Below, one piece after another: positions 37,817-46,428 of a stretch of DNA of 64,000 nt. The translations under genes were made by a program, and so were the position numbers. Source of the DNA: Spirochaetales bacterium Spiro_07 (lineage in GTDB: Bacteria; Spirochaetota; Spirochaetia; Treponematales; Treponemataceae); assembly GCA_001603145.1 (NCBI GenBank), contig LVBI01000014.1, forward strand, positions 23,558-87,557, read 5' to 3'. Each line of letters opens with the position of its first letter. Within the stretch, counting starts at the first letter, position 1. The notes below the pieces were generated by a model. That model saw only the letters and a list, made by a program, of their open reading frames with translations. It did not search any database and was not told where the DNA came from.

Positions 37817-38239
37817 TCACCGCTTATGGCATTCGGTGCAGCCTAGAATGTGCACGTGATGGGCACCGCCTTTGCGTTCAAACATGCGCGCGGTAAGGTG
37901 GCCGTCTAGCGGCACGGTTTTTCTGCAAACTGGGCAGACGCGCCTAATTTCTGGCGATTCGGGCGGCAGGCAGTGTGGGCAGCCGTGAATGTAGCATAGC
38001 CTGTCGCTTGCTTTTCCGCCTTCAAAGACAGAAGACTTGATTTTTTCTTTACCGACTAAAAATGTGCCGCACAAGGGGCAGCAGCCTGGGTTTATTCCGT
38101 CTGCATATTTTTTTGCCGGCGCGCCCTGCTTTGCTCGTTTTTTCCGCTTTTTTGAACCGAACGCCAGTTTCCCGCTAAAGACAAGCATAAGCAGGCAGAC
38201 CGCAACCGAAAGCAGCACAAAAATTATAAACATTTGCAT
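37817..38239 (-). CDS. Membrane-anchored protein with four CxxC motifs (double zinc ribbon)
   Basis: Start trimmed to MQMFIIFVLLSVAVCLLMLVF (TM), because the longer listed ORF overlaps rsmI on the other strand. Lys/Arg-rich linker, then CPLC, CPHC, CPVC and CTEC. Confidence 0.6.
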   Translation of the reverse strand: MQMFIIFVLLSVAVCLLMLVFSGKLAFGSKKRKKRAKQGAPAKKYADGINPGCCPLCGTFLVGKEKIKSSVFEGGKASDRLCYIHGCPHCLPPESPEIRRVCPVCRKTVPLDGHLTARMFERKGGAHHVHILGCTECHKR

Positions 38240-38300
38240 AACAATATATTGCAGTATAAATTCACTTGCTTCAAGTAAAAAATCACAGTATACTAGTAGT

Positions 38301-39008
38301 GTGTCAGAATTATTTATTGTAGCCACACCGATAGGCAATCTTAGCGACATGACTTTTAGGGCAATTGAAACTTTTAAAGCAGTTGACGTAATTGCCGCTG
38401 AAGACACGCGCCACACATTGCAGCTTCTGACGCATTTTGAAATAAGAAAACCTTTGGTGTCTTGCCGTTCGCAGAACGAGCTTGAAGCGGCGCAAAAGAT
38501 TGTGCAGCTGCTTGACGAAGGCAAGAACGTAGCTTATGCAAGCGATGCGGGCACACCGGGCATCAGCGACCCGGGCGCTGTTCTGGTTGCAGAAGCAAGA
38601 AAAGCCGGGCACAAAATCTGCCCGATTCCCGGCGCATCGGCTTTTGCTTCGCTTTTAAGCGTTGCCGGCATTGCGGGTAAGACCGTAATATTCGAGGGTT
38701 TTCTTTCACCAAAACCGGGCAGACGGCGTTCAAGGCTCAAAGAGCTTATCGCCACGGGAGATTCATTTATTTTATACGAATCACCGTTCCGAATTGTTAA
38801 GCTTTTGACAGATATTGCCGAAATTAATAATGAACGTCGTGTTGTTATTGGGCGGGAACTTACCAAGCTTCATGAAGAGATTCTTGAGGGAACGGCTGGC
38901 GAGCTTAGGGATGATTTTTCCGCACGGAGTAAAATTCTAGGCGAGTTTGCAGTTTTTGTAGCAGGCGAAAAAAAGCTTAAAAAAACTGAAGACGATGCCG
39001 ATATTTAG
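38301..39008 (+). CDS. rsmI: 16S rRNA (cytidine1402-2'-O)-methyltransferase
   Basis: GTG start chosen just before LFIVATPIGNLSDMTFRAIETFKAVDVIAAEDTRHT. GISDPG motif present. The listed 38037 start would overlap the divergent gene. Confidence 0.8.
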   Translation: MSELFIVATPIGNLSDMTFRAIETFKAVDVIAAEDTRHTLQLLTHFEIRKPLVSCRSQNELEAAQKIVQLLDEGKNVAYASDAGTPGISDPGAVLVAEARKAGHKICPIPGASAFASLLSVAGIAGKTVIFEGFLSPKPGRRRSRLKELIATGDSFILYESPFRIVKLLTDIAEINNERRVVIGRELTKLHEEILEGTAGELRDDFSARSKILGEFAVFVAGEKKLKKTEDDADI

Positions 39009-39033
39009 TGTAGAGGAAAAAGGTAGGTTTTTT

Positions 39034-39321
39034 ATGGTAATTAATCGACTTGACGGCATTAATCCACTGCAAGACAGGCAGGCTGCACAAAAGTCACAGA
39101 ACAAGTATTCTGTACGCGATACGGCAGATTCCATAAATCTTTCAGACGAAGCAAGAGAGCTCGCAGAAGCTTATTACGCCTCTGAAGTTGCAAAAGAGAC
39201 TCCGGATGTCCGCGCAGATAAAATTGCAGAAATCAAAGAAAAGATTAAGGATCCGTTCTATATCAATGCCGCTGTCATCGACACAGTTGCAAATAGAATT
39301 ATGGATGCATACGGTATCTAA
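39034..39321 (+). CDS. flgM: Anti-sigma-28 factor FlgM
   Basis: About 95 aa. C-terminal VRADKIAEIKEKIKDPFYINAAVIDTVANRIM is typical of FlgM. GAGGAAAAAGG SD. Confidence 0.7.
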   Translation: MVINRLDGINPLQDRQAAQKSQNKYSVRDTADSINLSDEARELAEAYYASEVAKETPDVRADKIAEIKEKIKDPFYINAAVIDTVANRIMDAYGI

Positions 39322-39354
39322 GCAGTCTAATGCTGTTTGTGTATGCTGATTTAA

Positions 39355-39384
39355 AGGCGGATTTTCTATCCGCCTTTTTTTTTC
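39355..39384 (+). terminator. flgM terminator
   Basis: Stem AGGCGGAT / ATCCGCCT followed by T9. Confidence 0.85.
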
Positions 39385-39403
39385 TAAATTTTGAAGGAAC
39401 AAT

Positions 39404-40549
39404 ATGAACGATTTATCTTTTAAAGTTGCCCCGCACGTTCTTCTGGGTAATCAGACTTCTTCAAGACTTGGTGCGCTCGCTTCGCCTTTGGCTTCAAGAT
39501 ACCTGCTGATTTTGGATCCGGCCACAAAAGAATCAAAAGCCAAAGAAAAACTTTCGCAAGTTCTTTCTGACAGCAATATTGATTTTATCGTCTATGACGA
39601 TATGCCGAACAACACCGACACAGAAACCTTGATTCAGGTTCTGAAACTTGCCCAGGGCGCGCACGTTCAGGGCATCATCGCTTGCGGCGGCGAAAAAGCG
39701 CTGAACCTTGGCCGCGGCGTAGCTTCACTTTTTAACGAAGATAAACCTATTTATGATATTGTTGACGGCGACGTTTCTCGCGCAGAGCCGCTGCCGCTCA
39801 TTTGTATGCCGACCGCAATCCGCGACACTTTCCTTTTTTATGAACGCTGCGCAATCATCGACGCACGGTCTAATCAGTTCAGACTTATTAAAGTTCAAGA
39901 AGGCCTTACAAAAGAGATTATCTTTGACGTTGCGCTCGGTGCAACGCTTACAAAAAACCAGATTTCTTCGATTTCTTTGAATATTCTCGGCCTTACATTT
40001 GAGACTTATTTCTCTAACCGCTCAAGCTTTTTGTCTGACGCAATTGCAGAAAAGATTTTCGAGCTGATGGCTCCGGCTGATAACCTTACAGACCCGCTTG
40101 CATCGCCTGAAACTGTAGACGAAGCGTTGCTTCAATGTGGCTGCATGTCTGCTTTGGCTGCGTCTTTGTCTGCGCCTGGCCCTGTTACGGCATTAACCTT
40201 TGCGGCTCATGCCCGCTACAAGATTTCGCGCACATTGCTTTCAACAATTCTTCTGCCTTATCTTATTGAAGAAGCTGTATTCTCTAGCGACAGGATCAAA
40301 AAAGCGGCAAAGCTTCTTGGCGCATGCGGTGAAAATGCTTCTCCAGAAGAAGCTGCTGATCTTCTTGCAGAGAACATCCGAGGACGCATCGCCCGCGCAG
40401 GGCTTCCGGCCAGAATTAAGGAATTGTCTATTTCAATTGAACAGGTTGCAGCAGCGGTCAATGATGCAATGCAGCTTGACTTTATGCCTTTCTACGCAAA
40501 GCCTGTTACAGCAGACAGCCTCTTCAACTTGGTAAAACAAGCTTACTAA
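39404..40549 (+). CDS. Iron-containing alcohol dehydrogenase family protein (divergent)
   Basis: Fe-ADH-like length and layout. The usual GGGS nucleotide loop reads CGGEKALNLGRGVA, so activity is uncertain. Confidence 0.5.
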   Translation: MNDLSFKVAPHVLLGNQTSSRLGALASPLASRYLLILDPATKESKAKEKLSQVLSDSNIDFIVYDDMPNNTDTETLIQVLKLAQGAHVQGIIACGGEKALNLGRGVASLFNEDKPIYDIVDGDVSRAEPLPLICMPTAIRDTFLFYERCAIIDARSNQFRLIKVQEGLTKEIIFDVALGATLTKNQISSISLNILGLTFETYFSNRSSFLSDAIAEKIFELMAPADNLTDPLASPETVDEALLQCGCMSALAASLSAPGPVTALTFAAHARYKISRTLLSTILLPYLIEEAVFSSDRIKKAAKLLGACGENASPEEAADLLAENIRGRIARAGLPARIKELSISIEQVAAAVNDAMQLDFMPFYAKPVTADSLFNLVKQAY

Positions 40550-41383
40550 ATGATTTCTCCAGAAAAGCTCTTTCAAATCGAAGGCGGTCAGCGCAGGCGG
40601 AAGCTTGCGCTGTGCTTTGGCGCGCTTGAACGTGATATAGCCGGAGTTGCAGAGCCGGGCTGTATCTATGACATCAAGACAATGCCGCGACAGGAATACA
40701 CCAAAAAGATTGCCTCCGTTCTTCTTACAGACCCGCAAATAAGCCAGCAGGCAAAAGACGAAATAAGCGCACTCATAAAGGCAGAGCCTTTTGATGAGCG
40801 GCGACTCTGCAACGTGGCGCGCAACCATCTTCTTGCCGTAATCGGTACATTACCGGCCGAATGGGATTTAGTGATTGCACCGCATAATGCGCCGCGCGAT
40901 GAAAACGGTGCGCTTCTTGCAAGAAATTTTTACGAAGGTGTTCAGGTTTTTGCCGAAGACATACGCTCGCCTTTCAATTTAGGCTCAATATTCAGAAGCG
41001 CAGAAGCATTCGGCGCAGAAAAAGTGCTGCTCTCGCCTTTCTGCACAGACCCAAACCACCCGCGCGCAATCCGCTCCGCTATGGGCTGCATTGAATCAAT
41101 TCCGTGGGAAAGAACTTCTTTAGACAATCTGCCCGACGACATGCCGGTTTTCGCGCTTGAAACAGGCGGCACGCCGATAGACGATTTTGTCTTTCCGCGG
41201 AAAGGCATCGTCATTTTAGGCTCAGAAGAGCTTGGCTGCAGCCCCAAAGCGCTTGCAAGAGCAACTTATGGCTGCGTCACAATTCCGATGACGGGCATAA
41301 AAGCTTCGCTGAATGTGGGCGTTGCTTTCGGCGTGCTTATGAGCATGTGGATGCAGAAAATCAGGCTCGGTCAATGCAAGTAG
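40550..41383 (+). CDS. SpoU/TrmH family RNA 2'-O-methyltransferase with about 120-aa N-terminal extension
   Basis: Motifs SPFNLGSIFRSAEAFG, IVILGSEELG and IPMTGIKASLNVGVAFGVLM. Confidence 0.65.
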   Translation: MISPEKLFQIEGGQRRRKLALCFGALERDIAGVAEPGCIYDIKTMPRQEYTKKIASVLLTDPQISQQAKDEISALIKAEPFDERRLCNVARNHLLAVIGTLPAEWDLVIAPHNAPRDENGALLARNFYEGVQVFAEDIRSPFNLGSIFRSAEAFGAEKVLLSPFCTDPNHPRAIRSAMGCIESIPWERTSLDNLPDDMPVFALETGGTPIDDFVFPRKGIVILGSEELGCSPKALARATYGCVTIPMTGIKASLNVGVAFGVLMSMWMQKIRLGQCK

Positions 41384-42582
41384 CGGAAAAGCCGGCTCTT
41401 TTTATTGCCGGAGCAACAAGCGTGCCCGGCTTGAGCGCAATTAAAGAAGCGTTTGAAGCAGAAGGTTTCAGCGTTTTTTTTGTAGACGCGCCTTTTATGA
41501 AGCCTTTCCTTTCTTCAGACGAAACTGAACCTGTCTTGTTTTCAGCCTCAATTAAAAGCCCCGGAAACAGCATCATAATTCCGTTAAGCGAATACTGGAT
41601 TTCTTATTGCATTTCAGACTGCAATGCGGAGAACGTGAGAATAAGCCGAAACGCATTGCTTAGCTCGCGCTCAAAAGAATTTTTCTACAGCTTGCTTGCT
41701 TCGCATAAAATCGACGTACCGGAAAATTTCAGCTCAAAAGAAGATGCGCTAAAAGCTTTGAAAAGTGGCCAAAAGATTATCGTCAAGCCGAAAGGGCTGC
41801 ACTCTGGTTATGGCGTTGAAATCTTGAAAGATGCCGACCCTGCCCTTTTAGACAAGCATTTTTTGTGTGCCGGAACAATTACGAACAAAGCAATGCGCAT
41901 TATGAAAATCGAAAACAACGGCGCAATGATTTCAGAATTTATTGAAGGAACTGAATATAGCGCGGACTGTTTCTGCTTTAACGGCAAAAAAAGCCTTGTG
42001 CGGCTCTGCAAAAAGAAAATCGTCTATATAAAAGACAAGCCATGCACGGCGGCGTGCCAGCTTGTAAAGCCAACAGCAGAGATTGTTTCTGCCGTTCAAA
42101 GCTGGCTTGACGCGCTTTTTGACGCTTCTGACATCTCTTTTGCGCAGTTTGACTTTATTATAGATAAAACCGGAAGAATTGTGCCTATTGATTTTGCCTG
42201 CCGCGTCGGCGGCGGAATGTTTGAGCTTCTTAAAGAGCTGCCTTTCAACGTTTATGCAGAAGCCGTTAAAGAAGCAGCCACCGCAAAAGATGAAACGCTC
42301 AAGACAGCTTTTTATTCAAGGCTTTTTGCGGACAAAGCTTTTGAAGACGCGCCTTTGACGCAGCTTAACTACCTTTCAACAAAGAGCGGTTACATAATCA
42401 ACGATAATTACCCGCTTTATGACGGCAAGCAGATTATCAACAAACATAAAGGCGATTACGCAATCTCAAACCCTTCAAGCGTGCAAAGCCGCCTTGCCGT
42501 TGTTGTAGCGCACATAAGCGAAGCCGCCCTTTCAGATGAGTTTATAAGCTCGCTGCTGCTGTCAGACTTCGTTTCGCAATAG
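41374..42582 (+). CDS. ATP-grasp domain protein
   Basis: Motifs IVKPKGLHSGYGVEIL, EFIEGTEYSADCF and a DFACRVGGG-like C-terminal ATP-grasp block. The start is ambiguous (41347 or 41374). Confidence 0.5.
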   Translation: MQVAEKPALFIAGATSVPGLSAIKEAFEAEGFSVFFVDAPFMKPFLSSDETEPVLFSASIKSPGNSIIIPLSEYWISYCISDCNAENVRISRNALLSSRSKEFFYSLLASHKIDVPENFSSKEDALKALKSGQKIIVKPKGLHSGYGVEILKDADPALLDKHFLCAGTITNKAMRIMKIENNGAMISEFIEGTEYSADCFCFNGKKSLVRLCKKKIVYIKDKPCTAACQLVKPTAEIVSAVQSWLDALFDASDISFAQFDFIIDKTGRIVPIDFACRVGGGMFELLKELPFNVYAEAVKEAATAKDETLKTAFYSRLFADKAFEDAPLTQLNYLSTKSGYIINDNYPLYDGKQIINKHKGDYAISNPSSVQSRLAVVVAHISEAALSDEFISSLLLSDFVSQ

Positions 42583-42664
42583 CATAATCTTAGATAAAGC
42601 TTGTTCGTGAAACGCGCCGTTTTTGTTTTACAAAATCAGCAGATTGTGAAGTCCGCGCCAGACA

Positions 42665-42706
42665 AATAAAAAAGGTTCTGCCTCTTTAAGAAACAGAACC
42701 TTTTTC
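42665..42706. terminator. Bidirectional terminator between the convergent ATP-grasp and htpG genes
   Basis: A-run, stem AGGTTCTG (42673-42680) / CAGAACCT (42694-42701), then T-run. Confidence 0.75.
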
Positions 42707-42721
42707 CGTTCTTGATGATTT

Positions 42722-42748
42722 GTCATTGCCCGGCTTGACCGGGCAATC
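42722..42748. repeat. REP-like hairpin repeat (ATTGCC-type)
   Basis: GTCATTGCCCGG cttga CCGGGCAATC. Confidence 0.75.
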
Positions 42749-42758
42749 TTGCTCAAAT

Positions 42759-42785
42759 GATTGTCGGGGCATGCCCGACAATGAC
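42759..42785. repeat. REP-like hairpin repeat
   Basis: GATTGTCGGGG cat GCCCGACAATGAC. Forms a head-to-tail pair with 42722-42748. Confidence 0.75.
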
Positions 42786-42817
42786 GAATTGCTAATAATG
42801 CAAACTCGAAATTAAGC

Positions 42818-44743
42818 TTATTTTACCATCAGCTTGTTGATGCGCTTAACGAAATCTGCCGGGTCTTTAAGTTCGCCGCCAGAAACAAGCAAAGCCTGGT
42901 CAAGCAGAACATTTGATACATCGGCAATATATTCTTCGTCAGAAGAAGCCTTGAGCGCGGCAACAAGCGCATGGTCGCCGTTCACTTCAAGAATCGGCTT
43001 AACTTCGCCCATCGTAGCCTGGCCCATTGCCTTCATCATTCTTTCAAGCTGAAGCGACGGGTCGTTTTCGTCAACAACGATGCATGACGGCGAGTCAGAA
43101 AGGCGCTTTGAAAGCACAACGTCTTTTACGCGGTCGCCGAGTGCTTTTTTGATTTTCTCAACAACAGGCTTGAATTCTTCAGCCTTTTTCTCGGCTTCAG
43201 CCTTGTCTACGCCAAGCTCTTCGTCGCTGCCGGCGCGGTTCACAGCCTTAAGGTCATATTCTTTATACTTGTTCAAAGACGGAATAACGATGTCGTCGAT
43301 TTCGTCTGCCATGATAAGAACTTCAAAACCCTTAGACTTATAAGCTTCAAGCAGAGGCGAAGCGCGGAGCTGCTTTTCGTCAGTTCCGGTAATGTAATAA
43401 ATAGCCTTCTGGTCAGGCTTCATGCGCTGAACGTAATCTGCAAAGCTTGTCCATTTGTCGTCGCCGGTGCCTTCTTCGGCCGTGCTCTTGAAGCGCACAA
43501 TCTCGGCAATTTCTTCGCGGTTTGCAAAATCTGAATAAAGCCCCTCTTTCAACGGGCGGTTATACTGAGAAATGAATTTGCTCCACTTCTTTTTGCCTTC
43601 GTCGTCAGTCTTTTCAGAGAGCTTCTTGAATTCACCGAGAAGCTTCTTTACTGAAGAAGTCTTGATGTTCGTCAGAATGCGGTTTTGCTGCAAGATTTCA
43701 CGGCTTACGTTAAGCGGCAAATCTTCGCTGTCGATGATACCGCGTACAAAGCGCAAATAAGAAGGCAAAAGCTCCTTGTCATCGTCTGTGATGAACACGC
43801 GCTTTACGTAAAGCTTTACACCGCTCTTATAATCGGCCTGATACATGTCGAAAGGCGCGGTTTCAGGCACATAGAACAATGTCGTGTATTCCTGCGTTCC
43901 TTCAGCATGAGTATGAACATACATGAGCGGGTCAGCCGAATCATGAGAAATTGTCTTATAGAAGTTGTTGTAATCTTCAGGCTTCAAATCGCTCTTTGAG
44001 CGCTGCCACAACGCGCTTGCGCTGTTAATCTGGTCGACTTTGGCTTCTTTTCCTGTTTCCTTGCCTTTGTCGTCATATTTGCGCTGCTCATAATGAAGGA
44101 AAATCGGGAAAGCGATATGATCTGAATAGCGTTTTACGATTTCTTCAACCTTCCAGCGCGAAGCATAAGAACCATCGTCATCGTTGAGATACATTACAAC
44201 AGCTGTGCCGTTTGAAGCATCAAGCCCATATTTTTTGGCTTCTTCGCTGCCGGCGGCAACTTCTTCAAGCTCATAAGAGTTTGTGCCGTTGCTTGACCAG
44301 CGGAAAATTGTGTCTGTCGCGGCCTTGCGGCTGTAAACATCAATTTTTGAAGCAACCATGAAAGCTGAATAAAAGCCTACACCGAACTGACCGATGAGTG
44401 CAGAATCTTTCTTTGCATCAGTTGTAAGCTTTTCCATAAAGGCTTTTGTGCCTGAACGCGCGATTGTACCGAGGTTTGCAACCAAATCATCTTGATTCAT
44501 GCCGATGCCGGTGTCTTTTACGACAAGCACTTTCTTGTCTTCATCAAATGAAATATCGATACGCGGCTCAAAATTGACTGACTTGTAAGTTTCGTCTGAA
44601 ACAGTCAGATACTTCAATTTATCCAAAGCATCTGAAGCATTTGAAACGATTTCGCGCAAAAAAATGTCTTTGTTTGAATACAGTGAATGAATGATAAGCG
44701 TAAGAAGCTGGTTCACTTCTGTTTGAAACTGATAAGTTGCCAT
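42818..44743 (-). CDS. htpG: Molecular chaperone HtpG (Hsp90)
   Basis: Start set at MATYQFQTEVNQLL with an AGGAGATTCG SD. Motifs EIVSNASDALDK and IGQFGVGFYSAF. Confidence 0.95.
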   Translation of the reverse strand: MATYQFQTEVNQLLTLIIHSLYSNKDIFLREIVSNASDALDKLKYLTVSDETYKSVNFEPRIDISFDEDKKVLVVKDTGIGMNQDDLVANLGTIARSGTKAFMEKLTTDAKKDSALIGQFGVGFYSAFMVASKIDVYSRKAATDTIFRWSSNGTNSYELEEVAAGSEEAKKYGLDASNGTAVVMYLNDDDGSYASRWKVEEIVKRYSDHIAFPIFLHYEQRKYDDKGKETGKEAKVDQINSASALWQRSKSDLKPEDYNNFYKTISHDSADPLMYVHTHAEGTQEYTTLFYVPETAPFDMYQADYKSGVKLYVKRVFITDDDKELLPSYLRFVRGIIDSEDLPLNVSREILQQNRILTNIKTSSVKKLLGEFKKLSEKTDDEGKKKWSKFISQYNRPLKEGLYSDFANREEIAEIVRFKSTAEEGTGDDKWTSFADYVQRMKPDQKAIYYITGTDEKQLRASPLLEAYKSKGFEVLIMADEIDDIVIPSLNKYKEYDLKAVNRAGSDEELGVDKAEAEKKAEEFKPVVEKIKKALGDRVKDVVLSKRLSDSPSCIVVDENDPSLQLERMMKAMGQATMGEVKPILEVNGDHALVAALKASSDEEYIADVSNVLLDQALLVSGGELKDPADFVKRINKLMVK

Positions 44744-45149
44744 TTTAACGAATCTCCTAATATTTGCCGCCTTTTTTTGACAGCTATGCATAACTAAAAT
44801 ACGGATAAAATACTGAATCGACAAGGCTAAAATTTGCTCGCAGAGTTTGCACAAGCACGAAGGGCTTGATAAGCCGCACTTTCGGCAAAATTTTCAGCTG
44901 AAACTAAGCATTATACGTCATGCTTTTCAAGCGTTTTCAATAATATACAAGCACTTGCAAAAGATTCAAAACTCTATTACATTGACTTTAGATGTTACGT
45001 TTGCGATGACTGTCGGCAGACCTGCTGCCTAACGAGCCCACGAGTGCTCCTACCACTACATCAACAAGTATATCAACCAGACATTTTTATCTTTCTCAAT
45101 TCAAAGCTTTGCGGCGTATTTTCGCGTTGCGCAAAGTCATGGAGGTTCT

Positions 45150-46217
45150 ATGCACCCAAGAGTTAAAAGGTATCTGATTGATGCCATGAGTGGTATGGCG
45201 CAGGGATTGTTCGCTTCTCTTTTGATTGGAACAATCGTTAAAACATTAGGACAGCAGCTTCTCCGTTTAGGCGAGAACCCTGTCTTCTCTTTTTTGGTTA
45301 ATGCCGGCAACTTTGCAACAGAAAGCCATGTTGTAGGCGCGGCAATGGCTGTGGGCATCGGCTTTGCAATGAAAGTACCGCAGCTTGTGCTTTTCTGCCT
45401 TGTTGCTGTCGGTGCGGCGGCAAATGTTTCTGGTGGCGCAGGCGGCCCACTTGCAGTTCTCTTTATCGCGATAATCAGCGCGGAGCTTGGCAATCTTGTA
45501 AGCAAAAAGACAAAGCTTGATATTCTTGTTACGCCGCTTGTGACAATCTTGAGCGGCGCGCTTCTTACGGTGCTTACCGCATCTTATATCGGAAAAGCAG
45601 CTTCTGCTTTCGGCAATCTTATTGTCTGGGCGACAACGCTCCACCCGTTTGTTATGGGCATGATTGTTTCTGCTTTGGTTGGCATTGCGCTTACACTGCC
45701 GATAAGCTCTGCCGCAATCTGCGCCGCACTCGGCTTGACCGGTCTTGCAGGCGGCGCGGCTGTTGCAGGCTGCTCTGCACAGATGATTGGCTTTGCAGTC
45801 ATGAGCTTTAGAGAAAACAAAACAGGCGGCCTTTTGTCGCAAGGGCTTGGTACATCAATGCTTCAGATGCCGAACATTATCAAAAACCCGAAAATTTGGA
45901 TTCCGCCAATTCTTACTTCGCTCATCACTGGCCCGATTGCAACTTGCATTTTCGGCCTTGAAATGAACGGCGCCGCCGTATCAAGCGGAATGGGTACATG
46001 CGGCTTTGTCGGTCAGATTGGCGTTATTACAGGCTGGTACAGCCCAAGCGAAGTTGCAGTTTCGCACGGCGCAACTGCTATAAGCCCCACATTCTTTGAC
46101 TGGCTTGGGCTTATCCTTATTTGCTTTGTGCTTCCGGCGCTTCTTACATGGGCTTTCGGGCTTTTCTTCCGCAAAATCGGCTGGATTAAAGACGGCGACT
46201 TGACTTTAGACGAATAA
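45150..46217 (+). CDS. Polytopic membrane protein, PTS EIIC_2-like permease (tentative)
   Basis: About 10 TM, Gly/Ala-rich. The N-terminus RYLIDAMSGMAQGLFASLLIGTIVK resembles PTS_EIIC_2 family proteins as I remember them. Confidence 0.45.
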   Translation: MHPRVKRYLIDAMSGMAQGLFASLLIGTIVKTLGQQLLRLGENPVFSFLVNAGNFATESHVVGAAMAVGIGFAMKVPQLVLFCLVAVGAAANVSGGAGGPLAVLFIAIISAELGNLVSKKTKLDILVTPLVTILSGALLTVLTASYIGKAASAFGNLIVWATTLHPFVMGMIVSALVGIALTLPISSAAICAALGLTGLAGGAAVAGCSAQMIGFAVMSFRENKTGGLLSQGLGTSMLQMPNIIKNPKIWIPPILTSLITGPIATCIFGLEMNGAAVSSGMGTCGFVGQIGVITGWYSPSEVAVSHGATAISPTFFDWLGLILICFVLPALLTWAFGLFFRKIGWIKDGDLTLDE

Positions 46218-46264
46218 TCGGTTCAATTCGAGTTTTCAAAAGAAGTCGTTTTCTCTTCAAAAAT

Positions 46265-46293
46265 GTCATTATCGTGGCGGGCACGGCAATGAC
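46265..46293. repeat. REP-like hairpin repeat
   Basis: GTCATTATCGTG gcggg CACGGCAATGAC. Confidence 0.7.
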
Positions 46294-46312
46294 ATTATAG
46301 GCATTATATAAC

Positions 46313-46354
46313 AAAAAAGCCCTGCTGCTTCATTTGAAGTGCAGGGCTTTTTTA
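46313..46354. terminator. Bidirectional terminator between convergent genes
   Basis: A6, stem AGCCCTGC / GCAGGGCT, then T6. Confidence 0.8.
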
Positions 46355-46428
46355 TAGCAAATCAGCAAGATTATCAGCTTGCCGCCGTTATTGCTTTCGC
46401 CTAAACCAGACAGCTGATATTTTTCGGG

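Noticed and set aside
38037-38524. Long 5' extensions of rsmI (from 38037) and of the zinc-ribbon gene (to 38524), which overlap each other on opposite strands
   Set aside because: The rsmI family N-terminus begins at the LFIVATPIGN block (GTG 38301). The zinc-ribbon protein has a natural TM start at MQMF (38239). The extensions are compositionally odd (Ser/Cys-rich) and mutually exclusive.
44855-45149. Possible riboswitch or sRNA upstream of the EIIC-like permease (hairpins GGCAG...CTGCC near 45017-45031 and CTTTGCG...CGCAAAG at 45106-45136)
   Set aside because: There are only two short generic stems and no recognisable riboswitch core. The evidence is too weak to report as a feature.
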